From: Gekko japonicus
Taxonomy: Eukaryota
DNA: 64,000 nucleotides
Reading direction: 5' to 3'
Assembly (NCBI RefSeq): GCF_001447785.1
Contig: NW_015168075.1
Coordinates: 62,001 to 126,000, forward strand
A program made the translations under genes and the position numbers. The notes below the pieces were generated by a model. The model ran no database searches, had not been told where the DNA came from, and worked only from the letters and a program-made list of their open reading frames with translations. Below are positions 1 through 12,556 of this stretch, in pieces (the stretch's first letter is position 1; the number at the start of each line of letters is the position of its first letter).

Positions 1-1367
1 CCATTAAAACTCAACACAGTCTGAGATCCAGATAGCCGAATGACTTCTTTTTCCTATATGTGCCATCAGTTCCCTGAAATCTTCAGTAGACCTCAGATTC
101 CTGATCCTGCAGTTCTGAAAGGGACTATGATTGGGATCTGCACATTTTCAGTGAGGCACTGGGGCTGTGAGAAATTTGTCTTGGCTCAGGAAAATTTCTG
201 CAATAAAAATGAATATTCTCCCAAAAATTAATTTTCTATTCCAAATGCTCCCAATTGAGATACAGGATAAGATACCGAAAGACTGGCAAAGACAGATAAG
301 CATGTTTGTATGGAACGGCAAGAAACCAAGGGCTAGATTTGAAGTTTTACAAGGTGAAAAAAAGAGGACTAGAAGTCCCTAATATCAAGCTGTATTATCA
401 AGCAGCCCATCTGGTTTGGATCTCTGGCTGGATTAAAAACCTGAATGAAAGACTGATGAAATTGGAAGCAGCAGGTTTGTCTGAAGGCTTACATAGATAT
501 TTTTTTGAGTAAATCAACCAGGAAAACACATACAAACACTATAGAAAGTTCTGGTTATTTTATTAGAGACAGTTTATTGAAAAAATGGTGGTCACTTAAT
601 ACAAGAATAAATCCCCCAATATCACCTTTTATGTCACCATTAGGTGCTTATCATGACAAACCCAAGAGGATAAATAATGACTTTTTTAAATCAATTTTTT
701 AAATCAAAATATGATCAATAAGAGTGGGAAACTTAAATCCTGGCAAGCTATTAATGAAGAAGGAAAAAAGATACAATGGTTAACATATCTTCAGCTTTCA
801 TTGAGGCTTAAAGAAGATATGCAGCAAGAAGGAGACAGACTAAGAAATCTGACTCAATTTGAAAAGATAATACTAAACAAAAAAGATAATCTTCTAGGAT
901 ACATCTACAAACTTCTACAATATGACACAGAAACAGAACAAGTCAAGATATGTGTGGTGAAATGGTCACAAAATTTCAGGAAGGAGATTTCATTTCAGCA
1001 ATGGGAAACGTTATGGGTCAAAGATATAAAATTTACAGCAAGTCAAGCACTTAGAGAAAATTGGTATAAAATGTTTTATCACGGGTACATTACCCCAAAA
1101 GACATTGAGAAGATGGATAAAAACTATAAAGGATTGTGGTGGAAGTATAAAGAGGTAGATGGTACCTTTTACCATATATGGTGGTCTTACAACCCCCCCC
1201 CCCAGAAAACATTGGATAAAAATACATACTGATTTTTTTTTTAAAAAAATGAATATAAAATTTGCTAGGTTACCAGAGACAATGCTACTAGGAAATCTAC
1301 CAGTGAATGCAGACAGAACAATTCTGGAACTGCTCAGATACATGCTAACTGCAGCAAGAGTAGTATT

Positions 1368-1660
1368 TAAGCAAAAGAACAAAACATAAGAGAAGCCAGT
1401 GTTGGATCAGACCAATGGCCCATCCAGTCCAACACTCTGTCACACAGTGACCAAAAATACCAGGTGCCATCAGGAGGTCCATCAGTGGGGCCAGGACATT
1501 AGAAGCCCTCCCACTGTTGCCCCCCCCCAAGCACCAAGAATACTGAGCAGCACTATCTATACCTTGTGGCTAATAGCCACTGATGGACCTCTACTCCATA
1601 TGTTTATCTAATTCCCTCTCCGTCCATCCTTGTAGCCGCTGCCACCTTCTGTGGCAGTGA
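1368..1660 (-). mobile_element. CR1 LINE 3' fragment inserted in L1 ORF2
   Basis: (CATAAGAA)-type tail and 3'UTR near-identical to the CR1 at 40427-40760; it splits the L1 motif AARVVF|AAK. Confidence 0.88.
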
Positions 1661-2047
1661 ATTTGCAGCAAAGTGCAAAATAAACAGTTGTCCAACTCTT
1701 GTGAACTGGATAGACAAAATGCAAAAATATGCAGTTATGGCAAAACTGACAAATTACATTAATCAAAGACCAAAAGATGAATTTGAAAATAACTTGTGAG
1801 TCTTCTATGATTACTATAACTAATCTCCATAGTCATGTATTTGAATGGTTTAATATTATATGATAGTTTTAATTTGAAAGGATATATTTTATATGACTTT
1901 TATTACAATAAACTGTTATGTTAAAATATGTTAAGATTATATACAAAATTTCTATGAGGTTATTAATGTTTTATGATAAAATATATAGGATAAAAATGAT
2001 AATACATTATGAGGAAAATGGTTGAATAAATCAAGTAAGTTGATATA

Positions 2048-2592
2048 GGGCGCAATCACACACAGAATTAGCCGTGCCATAGGTGAAAATGCTGAGCAGA
2101 TTTTAAGGGCGTGATCAGACACCAACATCTGTCAAGCATCCTGCTCCCATCAGCAACCCATTTTGCTCTGCTGCAGAAGCAGAGTAAAAAGACACCAGGG
2201 ACAACCCAGTAGCAAACATGTTTGTTACGGGCCAGGAACGGACTTTCCCCTGTGTGATCATGCCAGCGCACTTCCATGGCATCAGGATGGTCTGATCGGA
2301 CCATCCCAACTCCATGTCATTTCTTCCCCCCCCCCATTTCAGTATGCACATCATTGCACACTGCATAGGGAGCACTCAATGCGGAGATGCGGATCATCAA
2401 TCCCTCGTTGAAGCGCACCAAAAATATGCAGCCAAACTCCCCCCGACTCACCCGCAGTTGCATCTGATCATGCAGTGGCAGGCCACCCCCACAGCTCCCA
2501 GGGACTGTGTGATTGTCCAAATGTAGGTCAAATTGTTGTGGAGCAAATAGCCTCGCTTCCCCCCCGCATTATCTCGCATGTGTGAATGCTGC
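2048..2592. mobile_element. PIF/Harbinger-like MITE in L1 3'UTR
   Basis: GC/CpG-rich insert in an AT-rich UTR, with imperfect TIRs GGGCGCAATCACACA ... TGTGTGAATGCTGC similar to those at 4206 and 55943. Confidence 0.55.
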
Positions 2593-3984
2593 AATAGTTG
2601 CTTTTTAAGCTGCTATCTCATATATTTATTGTATATACACATGTGTTTTAATCAAGGTTGCCCTTAATAATGCAAACTTGCCCTCTGTATTGTGTTTTCA
2701 TAATCATACCTTTTATTCCTTTTCCTAATTCCTTTTCTTTATTCTGTATACCCTTAAAATATTAAAATAAAATGTATTTTAAAAATAGAGAAATTTGTTG
2801 GACAAGCTTCCTAGTGAGGTTTTGAAGACTGAGAAAGGCTTTCTTTTTCAAGAAGACCTTGGGGGAATATTGCTGGAGTTTGTGTTATCTGATTGTTGAG
2901 TCCATGGATGTTGATATTATTTTGCACTGTAAATGTTTCTTCATTGTGATATTGTTTTGGGTTTGTTGTGAGCATTTAGGCCCTTTTGGCCTAAAAGTCT
3001 AGATAATAACAATGAATGGGTGGATGTATACACTTAAATTAATGCTGATTATGCCATTGCCTGATCCCATTACTTATAATTTAAGATGCTATTCTTTCCT
3101 GGCAATTTGTGTTGTGCTTTCTTACTTAGCTTAGCAATGAAGGAAAAATCTCACCGTGGGATATGAATGCAAAGGAACAATTCAACCTCTTGGTTGAATT
3201 TCCTGTGGCTGAAAATGGCCGGGGGGTGGGGAGCCAGGAAGATCTTCAGCCATCATAACTTTACTATGATGGATCCTGGATTCAATCCACTGTCGTCCAA
3301 ACATATATATTTCGGAACTAAAGCAAGCAGTAGCATCAAAGGAAACATTACTTTAAGTTGACTAATTGGTATAACCTTGCTGACATAGTTGCCTCTCTCC
3401 AGTGGGTGACATTTGAAATGAGCAGATTAATGGAGCGTTCCTCTCCTGTTTGTGGTGTCTTAAGGTTAAAAGCTGGCTGTAGATAATGGAAAGGTGAAAG
3501 GGCAGACACACTCAGCAATTTAGCATAAGTAAGCAGTCAGATACATAAACAGCCTCTTCCAGCTGCAGACCAAAGGGAACTGTTATTTGTTTGTTTGTTT
3601 GTTTTATCCATTGCATTTCTATCACCCTTCTTCCTTTAGGGACCACAAGGCATCTTACATAGCATTCCCAGGAAGTCCTTTTCTTTGAGCGTCTTGGGTT
3701 ATAGGGAACCTTCGGACAAGGGAGGATAGCTTAGAAGTTCAGCTTTCTCTCCTTCCATCTCCCTGGCAGCCTCTGTCCTTCTTTCTCTCAGGAGGCTGTT
3801 AAGAGAGGATCCTTGCTTAGTGTATCCCTCAGATAAGTGCCTTTTATTCAGAGTGAAACACCAAGATAGATCTTACAGTCTCTATCCTGCTGCGTCAGCG
3901 CTCTCCCACTCAGATCTGGAATGACATAGTTCACTAAGGAGCCAGCACCATCTGTTAATATGTACAGCTAGTTTGCAAAAAAAG

Positions 3985-4110
3985 CTAATCCATAACTTCC
4001 ATTTCATTGTATCTGAAGAAGTGTGCCTGCACATGAAAGCTGATAACCTTGAATAAAACTTTGTTGGTCTTGAAGGTGCCACTGGACTCAAATTTTGTTC
4101 TTCCACTACC
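3985..4110 (+). mobile_element. Penelope-like element pLTR fragment with minimal hammerhead relic
   Basis: GTATCTGAAGAAGTGTGCCTGCACATGAAAGCTGATAACCTTGAATAAAACTTTGTTGGTCTT; the same family occurs at 16489-16657. Confidence 0.75.
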
Positions 4111-4205
4111 AACCAGTTCAGAAGGAGTTTGGGATGTATGCTGCACCAATGAATTAATTCCAGGAGCAGCTCACCAGAATTGCTTTCACCAATTAGAGTA
4201 ACTTT

Positions 4206-4749
4206 GGCCCTGGTCACATGGGCCGGAAAATGCGGGGGGGAAAGCATGGCTGTTTGCCCCGGAACAAAGTAACGCCCGGCAGCCCAATCAGACATCCTGT
4301 CCAAGTCCTGTGGTTAGGTCATTAGGTGCCGATCAGATGGCTAGTCTGCAGCGCGGCAAAGAAGCAGCATGGCGCATTCACACCGGCAATCGTGCCGTGC
4401 CGCTTCTGTGGCAAATGGGATTTTTTTTTGTCTCACTGAAGTTTGTGCATGTGCATGATAGTTTGTGCGCATCCTGTGGAGACTTAAAAAAAAAACCCTT
4501 CAGGTTTGCAACGGGACATGGGCGGGCGCTGGATGCCACGGGTTTCAAGCAGAAACACGATCAGACACCCGCCCTTGCCCCGCGTTTTCCGGAAACTAGT
4601 ACATTGTATGTAGTGGATTTTTACTCCGCATCTTCGGCAACAAGCCACGGGTGCACTACACTTCCCAGATGTCGCAGTGTGATCATGCCTGGAAAATCTG
4701 CCTATCATCCGTGTCTTCAGCATGGCAACTTATCCGTGTGAACGAGGCC
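4206..4749. mobile_element. PIF/Harbinger-like MITE
   Basis: TIRs GGCCCTGGTCACATGG / revcomp GGCCTCGTTCACACGG; CpG-rich and non-coding. Confidence 0.7.
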
Positions 4750-7479
4750 AAAGTCTGGCACTCGTTCATGGTGAAGACTGTGGCACCCATAGTCTGCAGG
4801 ACCAGCATGTAGCCACTTGCCTCATTGCTGTTCTGATAGAGGCAGCCACAAAGACAAGTTGGCTGGATGCAATTCCATCATTTAGGCTGGCTGCCCTGAA
4901 CCAGGAAAGGTGGGGTATAAACAAACAAGCAAGTCAGCCAGCTAGCCAGCTAAGGTATCAGTTGTTCCTGTTTCAGGAACACTGGCTGGACTACAGAATT
5001 CCTCTCCACCACTTCATGGCACTTCAGGATAAGGTTCAGTCTTTTATCCACAAGCTCATTTATCACAATTTTGTTGTGAGGGAGCTGTTGTCACCCACCT
5101 TCCACTTCCATAAAAGGAATAGGTAATGGCCTTGGCATACTGGGGGAGCATTTTGCCCTGGCCTACCAGAATATTTGTGAGAAAATATCCATATCCACAC
5201 ACACACACTTCCCCACCACTCATCACTTGCTATATAGTGTTTTGTTTCATTTTTTTTAAAAAAAGAAGAATGTGGGACTAGATAGTTGCTTATGGCCCAG
5301 GCAGGAATGTCGGGGGCCTTTCTGAATGGCTTCTAAAAGAGCCTTTATCCCCTGCTTCACACTATTGTATCATTCATTTTAAAAGGCCTGGTCTGGTTTT
5401 ACCATGAGGAAGGCCCTCACTAGGTAGTCTGGAATAGTATGGGTTTCTGCTTAAGATATCTGATGAGCACACTGACACATCTCTTGATGAGAGGTGGTTT
5501 CCCAACCCAACCTCTAATGACTTACCAGGCGCATGGGGGGGGTGGTTTGGGGGAAAGGATGCCCCCAGAACTGAGCCTTCACCATTTTGAACATATTTTC
5601 TGTCCAACATGGGTGGCAGCTGAGGGCCAGGACTCCTCAATATACCATTTGGTATTCAGGCCAGGAAAAGCTAGTTTTGGCATAAATACTAGCCTGAGGT
5701 TGGAGCCAGCATGAGATCACCCATAATGCATGCATATCTTCATGTCAGCCCAACAGATTTGACAGTATGCAGTAAGGGGTAAGTGGTTTAATATGCCTGT
5801 AGATGAGCTTTTAGTTAATAAGCCCAGTTTAATCCAGTTTTTGATGTGTGTTTTCTTCATTTCAAGGATGGGTGGGAAACCACTCACCAGAGACTGCACA
5901 GACCTTAATAGCCAGATGCTCTTCCTTCTCCATGTCTTCTGATCCTACTGAGATAAGATGAAATAAGGTTGAGCTGCCACAGTGAAGTTGATACTAGAAG
6001 TTCCCTTCGGAATTAATTGCCATGTATTATAAGTAAGGTGATGATAGGAGCACAGCGGTGAATGTCAGAGGAGTGGAAGATGATTGCTAAATGGGTAGGA
6101 TGGAGTGCTGCTTTTGCAGGTAGACGTATGTTGCTACTGTAACACTTGGCAATGTAATTCACACATACATTTCTTTCTATGATAAAGAGCGTGAGACACA
6201 GAGGGGGGGGAACCCTCATCTAAATAAATGTGCAGAGCTACTGTAATTTTTATTTCTGTTCTTACGGAAAAGTGAGCAAAAAAATAAGAATGCTGCTGGC
6301 TTAAATGGATGTGCAGAACTGCCTGGGGAGTAGTAACAACTCTCTTCATGTGTAATGAGAAGGTGGCTTCTGTAGATAGAAGTGAAAGAGTACTAACATC
6401 TTAAAACAAACCCAAACTATTCTGCTTCCCTATGCACCTATAATTAACACATAATTAACAAGACAAATTTTCACTTTGAAAATTCCAGGCATTTGTAGGT
6501 TCCCACTGGGAGTGTCGGTGAGAAGAGAAATGGATGTGTGTGCTTGTTAGACATTACACTTCTGAAATGAAGACAAATCTTGAAGTCTCTTTGCTCACAG
6601 TTCTGACAGCATAACCAAATAGAAACAAAATTGGAAAGTAGTCATGACAACTGCTTATCACTTATTTCCTGGATAAGCAGGGCTGTTCAGCATAGGCTGC
6701 TCTCTTTTATGAGTAGTAAGCATGCCTCTTAGTAATACACTTCCAAGATAAATGCTATTATTGTCATATTAAAGTACTATTTTTGCCATCTGAACAGGAC
6801 AGGCTAAAAAAGAAGTAAGATAAAGGATAAGAATGTCCACTAAGACATCCCAAGAAAAATCACATGACTTGGCAATATACCTTTCTGATTTGGACAGTTC
6901 TTGTTCCCAACTTTGAACTGGGATTCTTCTGGTCTGAAGTTAACTAGGTCTGTGGATGATCAGGCCAAGGTCTAGGACCATCACTGCTGCTGCAGAATTC
7001 TCATAGACAGCATTATGGGTTCATATGATGGGTTTGCAAGTGACAGGAAATCTGAAATCTCTGGCCTGATATCAGTTTTAGGACACTACATTCCATGTCC
7101 TTTCAACTATGCACTTTCTTTTGCCTACTGCACTCAGCCCAAGCTGTGACCACATCTTCAGCAAATAACCTCAGAGGTGCTGGATCAGAGAGTTTGTATT
7201 TGAGGACTTGGATTCTATTATGTAATTTCACTCATGCTTCTCTCCAGCTGCTGCAGAGGCTTTCTGCTGCTGTGGCATTTGCATCCTCTGCCACTAGTAC
7301 TTTTGTATGCATAAGAGCTTCATGAAAATTTTTTGATCTTGCACACATGGAAGTGCTCTCAGCAGAAGAAATGAGTGCTACAGCTACTGAAGAGAAGCAC
7401 GAGGGGACTGATGTTATAGGATCTAAGCATAGGTCTGGTGTTGGTTCTACTGCCTGATTCTAATGTGAATGACCATGCA

Positions 7480-8891
7480 ATTGAGAACACCGGTTGGGTT
7501 AAAGAACACCGGTTGGGTTGAGAACACCGGTTCGTACACTTGCTAATTATTGCCAGAAAAATCAGTTGGAGATTAATTATGATAAAACCAAAATAATGTT
7601 GTTTCCTAAAAGACCAAAAATATATTCATGGTACCTAAATGAAATCTGTATAGAACAGGTACACTGCTATAAATATTTAGGCACGATCATACAAGACTAC
7701 GTAATGAAAAACTCACATATAAAATACATTACCTCCAATTCACAAAAGAGTGCTGGAGCAATACAGAAATTCTATTGGGCTAGAAGGTGCCAAAATGTGG
7801 AAGTGGCCATTAAAATATTTGTGATGAAATCTCTTATGTAAATGTTATATGGAGCTCTGTTTAGTATTACTGTAAGTAGGACTTTGATGGAAAGAACGCA
7901 ATCTAATTTTTTAAGAACAGTACTTCAAACACCAAGGAACTTGTCAAATGTAGCTGTAAGATTTGAAACCGGGATGGTAACGGTGGAAGACAGATTATGG
8001 GTTGTGGTTAAATCATACTGGTTAAAATTGGCTTCCTCAGTCAATGGTCTTGCACATTTAATTTTGAAGGATAACTTTGTCTCCGCCTGGTTGAAATTTG
8101 TTGTTTTGTGGCACAGTCAAGTCCGACTCTTCGCGACCCCATGGACCAGATCATGCCAGGTCACGCCTGGTTGAAATTACTGAGAAATAAATTAGATTTT
8201 TATGGTTTGTCTCAACAATATATTTTCTATGAATATGGTACAAGCTAAGGATTTGGTTAAACAAAGAATTCTAGAGGTGGAAAGGCAACACAACATGACT
8301 AGAGTTAACAACAAGATATTGGAGAGAAGTATTATGAATAAGGTCTCACAGATTCCTTATATAAACAGCTTAGAAAACCCTGACCATAGAAGAGCTTTTA
8401 CTTTACTACGTTATGCGGCCCTACCTTTTGCTGTTTTGGAAGGTAAATATAAGAAGATGCCATATGAAAAATATTTATGCCCCTGAGGGCATGCATGTAG
8501 TCTTTGACTGTAAAATATATGAGTATTTTAGGGAAATATATATTAAACCTATAATCGATAGCCTGCCAGGCAAAACTAGAAGGGACTATCTCGTAATAAT
8601 GGTAGCCAGCAGGAATCGTGAAATTGTCCTCACAGTGGCAAAATATGGCTGGATGATAATTAACAGAAGGAAAATCTGGCTAGATATGATTAATAATAGA
8701 TAAATTATATCCAATAATAATTTGTATGATGTATTTTATGTATGCATAATTGAATAGTATTGGTAGTTTATAACTATTAGTTTTAATGGATACTGAGATT
8801 TTAATGGTTATCTATATTTTTATGTTATGTTGTACTCTTTTTTAAATTATTGCTATGGCTGAAAGCTAACACAATAAGTTGACTGACTGAA
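7480..8891 (+). mobile_element. 5'-truncated RTE-X-like LINE (RT C-terminus, CCHC region, 3'UTR)
   Basis: LANYCQKNQLEINYDKTKIM...YKYLG, QSNFLRTVLQTPRNLSNVAVRFETG, RRAFTLLR...LCP..HVVFDC; (TGAC)n tail; 14-bp TSD TGAATGACCATGCA at 7466-7479 and 8892-8905. The clade assignment is less certain than the LINE call. Confidence 0.8.
8099..8163 (-). mobile_element. 65-bp BovB/Sauria-type 3' end insertion
   Basis: Revcomp matches the BovB 3' end at 32165-32236 (GGTCCATGGGGTCGCGAAGAGTCGGAC); 15-bp TSD CGCCTGGTTGAAATT at 8084-8098 and 8164-8178. Confidence 0.9.
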
Positions 8892-9691
8892 TGAATGACC
8901 ATGCAGTAAGTGGGCATTCCCTTAGGGTTCCAGCACCAAGTACAGATGAAGAGTAGGTTAAACAATTCAAGCCTGCATGGAGCTTTTTGCAGATTAAAAA
9001 GTATCCACTGGATGTAACTTAAGCTAAAGTAACAGAAGTAGCAAGTACATCACTGTGCTTCATGGATTCTGATGTTTCTTTAAGATTTCAGTTCAATATC
9101 AAACATTTCCCACAGAATTTGGAAACCAGGCCTACTGTAAAATCACTTTCCGCATACCTGAACAACAAAAGAGTTGGAAGACAGCCTTAAGAACTCAGGG
9201 GGGAGACAATGGCGAACATGTTAGTAAATGATGTGATTAATTTAAGAGGGAGAAACTCTTGAATTAATAATTTTTAATTTAATCTTGCTGTTGGACTGTT
9301 TAAATACTGTGCAAAAGCAGGGGGGATTTAAATTATTCAACCAGTGAATTATAAGAAAACAGAAATTGTGATAGATGGTTATGAACTAACTCTTTGAGAT
9401 GGGGAGTAAAGCATAAAAATCACCTTCAGGTAAAATGCAGAGCAAGCAAAGTGACATGGCCTCCAGGTGCCATCTTTATTTCAGTGGGAACTATGACAAA
9501 CTCTCTCTGTTCTATCCAGAGAACATCTCCATCGCTGACAGAGCTGTACTGATTCCAAACAAAATCCAAAAACTAGAGCCATGCAGTGTTTATTTTATCA
9601 GAACCAAGCAAAATTACACAAAACAAGCTGGCAGGATTTTGAGCTCTCCAAAAGTTTTCATCTGGATGGATGGGGGGAGATGTTACAGGCA

Positions 9692-9745
9692 NNNNNNNNN
9701 NNNNNNNNNNNNNNNNNNNNNNNNNNNNNNNNNNNNNNNNNNNNN
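9692..9745. other. assembly gap (N run)
   Basis: Run of N. Confidence 1.
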
Positions 9746-10302
9746 AATTGTGCTGCATGGACCTGGTGTCAAGTTGCACCTTTGGCATTTTGGCAAGAAG
9801 AAGGTAAGCTACTACCCTCCCCTGAAACATAGAAATCAGTACTTGACCAAATATTTCAGAAGTTATCATCCTTTTAGCTCTTGCAAACGAAATGCTGTCA
9901 TTTTCTGAGGACACGACCAACGTTTTCTTCAGGTCAAGTTCAGTTTGTTTAGTCCTTTATTTCTTCTGATTTCTTTGTAATAATTGCATTGTTTCCGATG
10001 GGAAACACATTTTCACTTGTAATGTTTTGTTTGTTTGTTTTCATGACTGTATGCCTCACCCTGACATATTTCAGACAGACAGATCAAAGTATCCCACTTT
10101 ATAGGTTTGACAGGCTCAGTGAGGTGTTGTCAATGTTTTTCTTCCTTCAGATCTTGAAGTGGGATGTGAAGGGATCCCTTTTTTAAAAAAAGAAAAAAAG
10201 AAAACCAGTAAGTCAGTGAAAATGCACAATGTTTTAGGTAGTAGATATTTCCTAACATGGGACAATTTCAGACAACCAATCTTTTGGTTAAAAATGCAGT
10301 AT

Positions 10303-11142
10303 TCAATGCTGGTGGAACTATCCTTGCATTAACAATTTTTGGAAAGATGTAGTAGCTTATGTATATGAGATTACAGGTTATAGACTTACTTTCTCTCTGG
10401 AGTCGTTGCTTTTAAACTATTGGAAAGATTCTCCTAATGTACTAGCTAGATAGTATTGGATCTCGATTCTATTAGTAACAGCTAAATTAGTTATTGGAGC
10501 CAAATGGAAGGAAAAAACAGTGCCTTCTCTTTCATTATGGCATGAGAGGATATGGGAATATTTTATTATAGAAAAAATAACAGATAGTTTGAAGCACGTA
10601 AACTCTGATGCTTATTATACCTTATTCAATGAAAATTGGTTCCTGGAACTAGAATATATGGCTCATCACAAAACATTCCTGAAGGACTATAGAATTAATG
10701 ACTTTTTGATATTTTAAATATTATATTATAAATAGCCTCTCTTTTAGATTTCACATATTGAAAGTTGTTATATTGTTACTGTTGTGTTGTTATAGTTATA
10801 AGTAGTTTTCAATTTACAGTTTGGTGTAGTGGTTAGGAGCACAGACTCTAATCTGGGAGAACTGGGTTTGATTCCCCACTCCTCCACATGCAGCTGCTGG
10901 TGTGACCTTGAGTCAGTCATAAGTTCTTTCAGAGTTGTTCTCTCATGGGCAGTTCTCGAGAGAGCTCTCTCAGCCCGACCTACTTCACAGGGTGTCTGTT
11001 GTAGGGAGGGGAAGGGAAAGGGATTGTAAGCTGCTCTGAGACTCCTTTGGGTAGTGAAGGGCAGGGTATAAATCCAATCTCCTCCTCCTTCTTCATATTT
11101 CTTTGTCAATTGTTATGTACAAAGTTATAAAACTAGTGAAAA
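10303..11142 (+). mobile_element. L1 3' fragment
   Basis: CWWNYPCINNFWKDV and LLVTAKLVIGAKWKEKTVPSLSLWHERIWEY; A-tail; TSD AAAATGCAGTAT on both sides. Confidence 0.82.
10817..11093 (+). mobile_element. tRNA-derived SINE with L2-like tail (Squam3-type)
   Basis: A box TGGTGTAGTGG, B-box-like GGTTTGATTCCC, 3' end GGGCAGGGTATAAAT + (CCT)n; multiple copies in the window. Confidence 0.9.
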
Positions 11143-11164
11143 AAAATGCAGTATCTTGATTTTT

Positions 11165-11780
11165 AACTTCACTGCCATGACATGTGGTGATGGCTGCCAA
11201 CTTGGAAGGCTTTAAAAGGGCAGTGGACAAATTCATGGAGGACTGGGCTATCAATGGCTACTAGTCATGTTGACTAGTGTTGTTGTTCAGTCGCACAGTC
11301 AAGTCCAACTCTTCATGACCTCATGGACCACATCACGCCAGGCCCTTCTGTCTTCTGCCGTCCTCCAGAGTTTGCTCAATTTCATGTTCATTGCATCAAT
11401 AACACTGTCTAACCATCTCACCCTTCTTCTGTTACCTTCAATCATTCCCAGCATCAGGGTCTTCTCCAGTGAGTGCTCCCTTCTCATTTGGTAGCCAAAG
11501 TATTTGAGCTCCAGCTTCAGTATCTGCCCTTCCAGGGAAAAGTCAGGGTTGATTTCTTTTAGGATTGACTGATTTGATCTCCTTGCAGTCCAAGGGACTC
11601 TCAAGAGTCTTCTCCGGCAGTACGCCTCCATAAATCAGTTGCTGGAGAACACGTGCGGGAGGATACTGTTGCAGTCATTCTGATTGTGGGCTTCCTAGAG
11701 GGAACTGGTTGGCTGCTGTGTGAACAGAATGCTGGACTTGATGGGCCTTTGGTCTGATACAGGGCTCTTTTTATGTTCCT
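11165..11780 (+). mobile_element. CR1 3' fragment split by BovB
   Basis: CTGCCA..GTGGTGATGGC..GGACAAATTCATGGAGG..TCAATGGCTACTAG, resuming at ~11620 to a CR1 tail (GATGGGCCTTTGGTCTGA..TTATGTTC). Confidence 0.8.
11278..11620 (-). mobile_element. BovB (RTE) 3' fragment
   Basis: CRRRLLRVPWTARRSNQSILKEINPDFSLEGQILKLELKYFG..LEKTLMLG; (CAA)n tail. Confidence 0.93.
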
Positions 11781-12556
11781 TCTGGAATGGAGAACAAATT
11801 AGTTGCCCATATGAATGATTCTGAAAAACAGAATTTTTAACTAACCAGCTGAGATATATTTTGCTATGCCTGAACCAGAAGGGAAGAGAGTATTCCAGAT
11901 AGGTGATCATATATACAAATAAATCAAAATAAATCAGCTTCATACCAACACATCAGTATGTATTCAACCATCTGTGAACTTACATAATGGGATTTCCACC
12001 ACCCCCTTTTGCTGCAGCCCACTGACACCCCCCCCCCATTTTATTGCTGGAGGAACAGCATATGCAGCTAAGTTGCAGTCTGCAATGGGAGAGGGAAATC
12101 AGTAGAAATCATCACTCCCACTTCTGCAAATGAAAATGTTGTTTTATCAGAAGAACTGTATGTTAGGCTTCAGGTAATCTAGTTTAGCTTTCTTCTCCCC
12201 ACACTTTGTAGCCATACGCAGGATATAAATTTGATGATGAAATAAAATGAAGTAGCTAGTGCTCCACTTTGGAGATCCTAAAGCAACTGTTCGCCATTAA
12301 CTGACATAGTGTGCTTTAATATGCATCTCTTAAACTACAGAGAACTTTTTAAGGATCTATACCTGCAAATCCTAAAAGAGAATGACACTTGAGGGTAACT
12401 GAGGTCAATGCTATGTTTCAGAGACTGTCTTGAGATTATAAGGCAGTTTTAAATGGAGGGAGGTGGATCACTGTATGGTGGATCCTTCAGTGGGGCATGA
12501 GAGACAAACATGATACTTGGTGGCAAAGGTACCATCAAATTACCACTGTGGAGAAA

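Larger units (their letters stand above)
180..2787 (+). mobile_element. 5'-truncated L1 LINE (ORF2 C-terminal half + 3'UTR), decayed
   Basis: Frameshifted ORF2 motifs SWLRKISAIKMNILPKINFLFQMLP, GLEVPNIKLYYQAA and a degenerate CCHC region (WWKYKEVDGTFYHIWWS). Reading resumes after an insert at ~1661 (FAAKCKINSCPTLVNW). AATAAA near the end; 11-bp TSD GAGAAATTTGT at 169-179 and 2788-2798. Confidence 0.9.

Noticed and set aside
3668-3850. DIRS-like terminal fragment
   Set aside because: Only a vague resemblance; no ITR partner or coding evidence in the window.
5460-5505. CTGATGAG hammerhead core
   Set aside because: No downstream stem II/GAAA.
9746-9810. Possible exon ending AAG|GTAAGC
   Set aside because: The 5' side is in a gap, the peptide is not recognised and there are no partner exons.
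10817-10890. tRNA genes (also 16208, 16921, 37531, 52960)
   Set aside because: A/B boxes are followed by SINE bodies and tails, and there is no proper cloverleaf.
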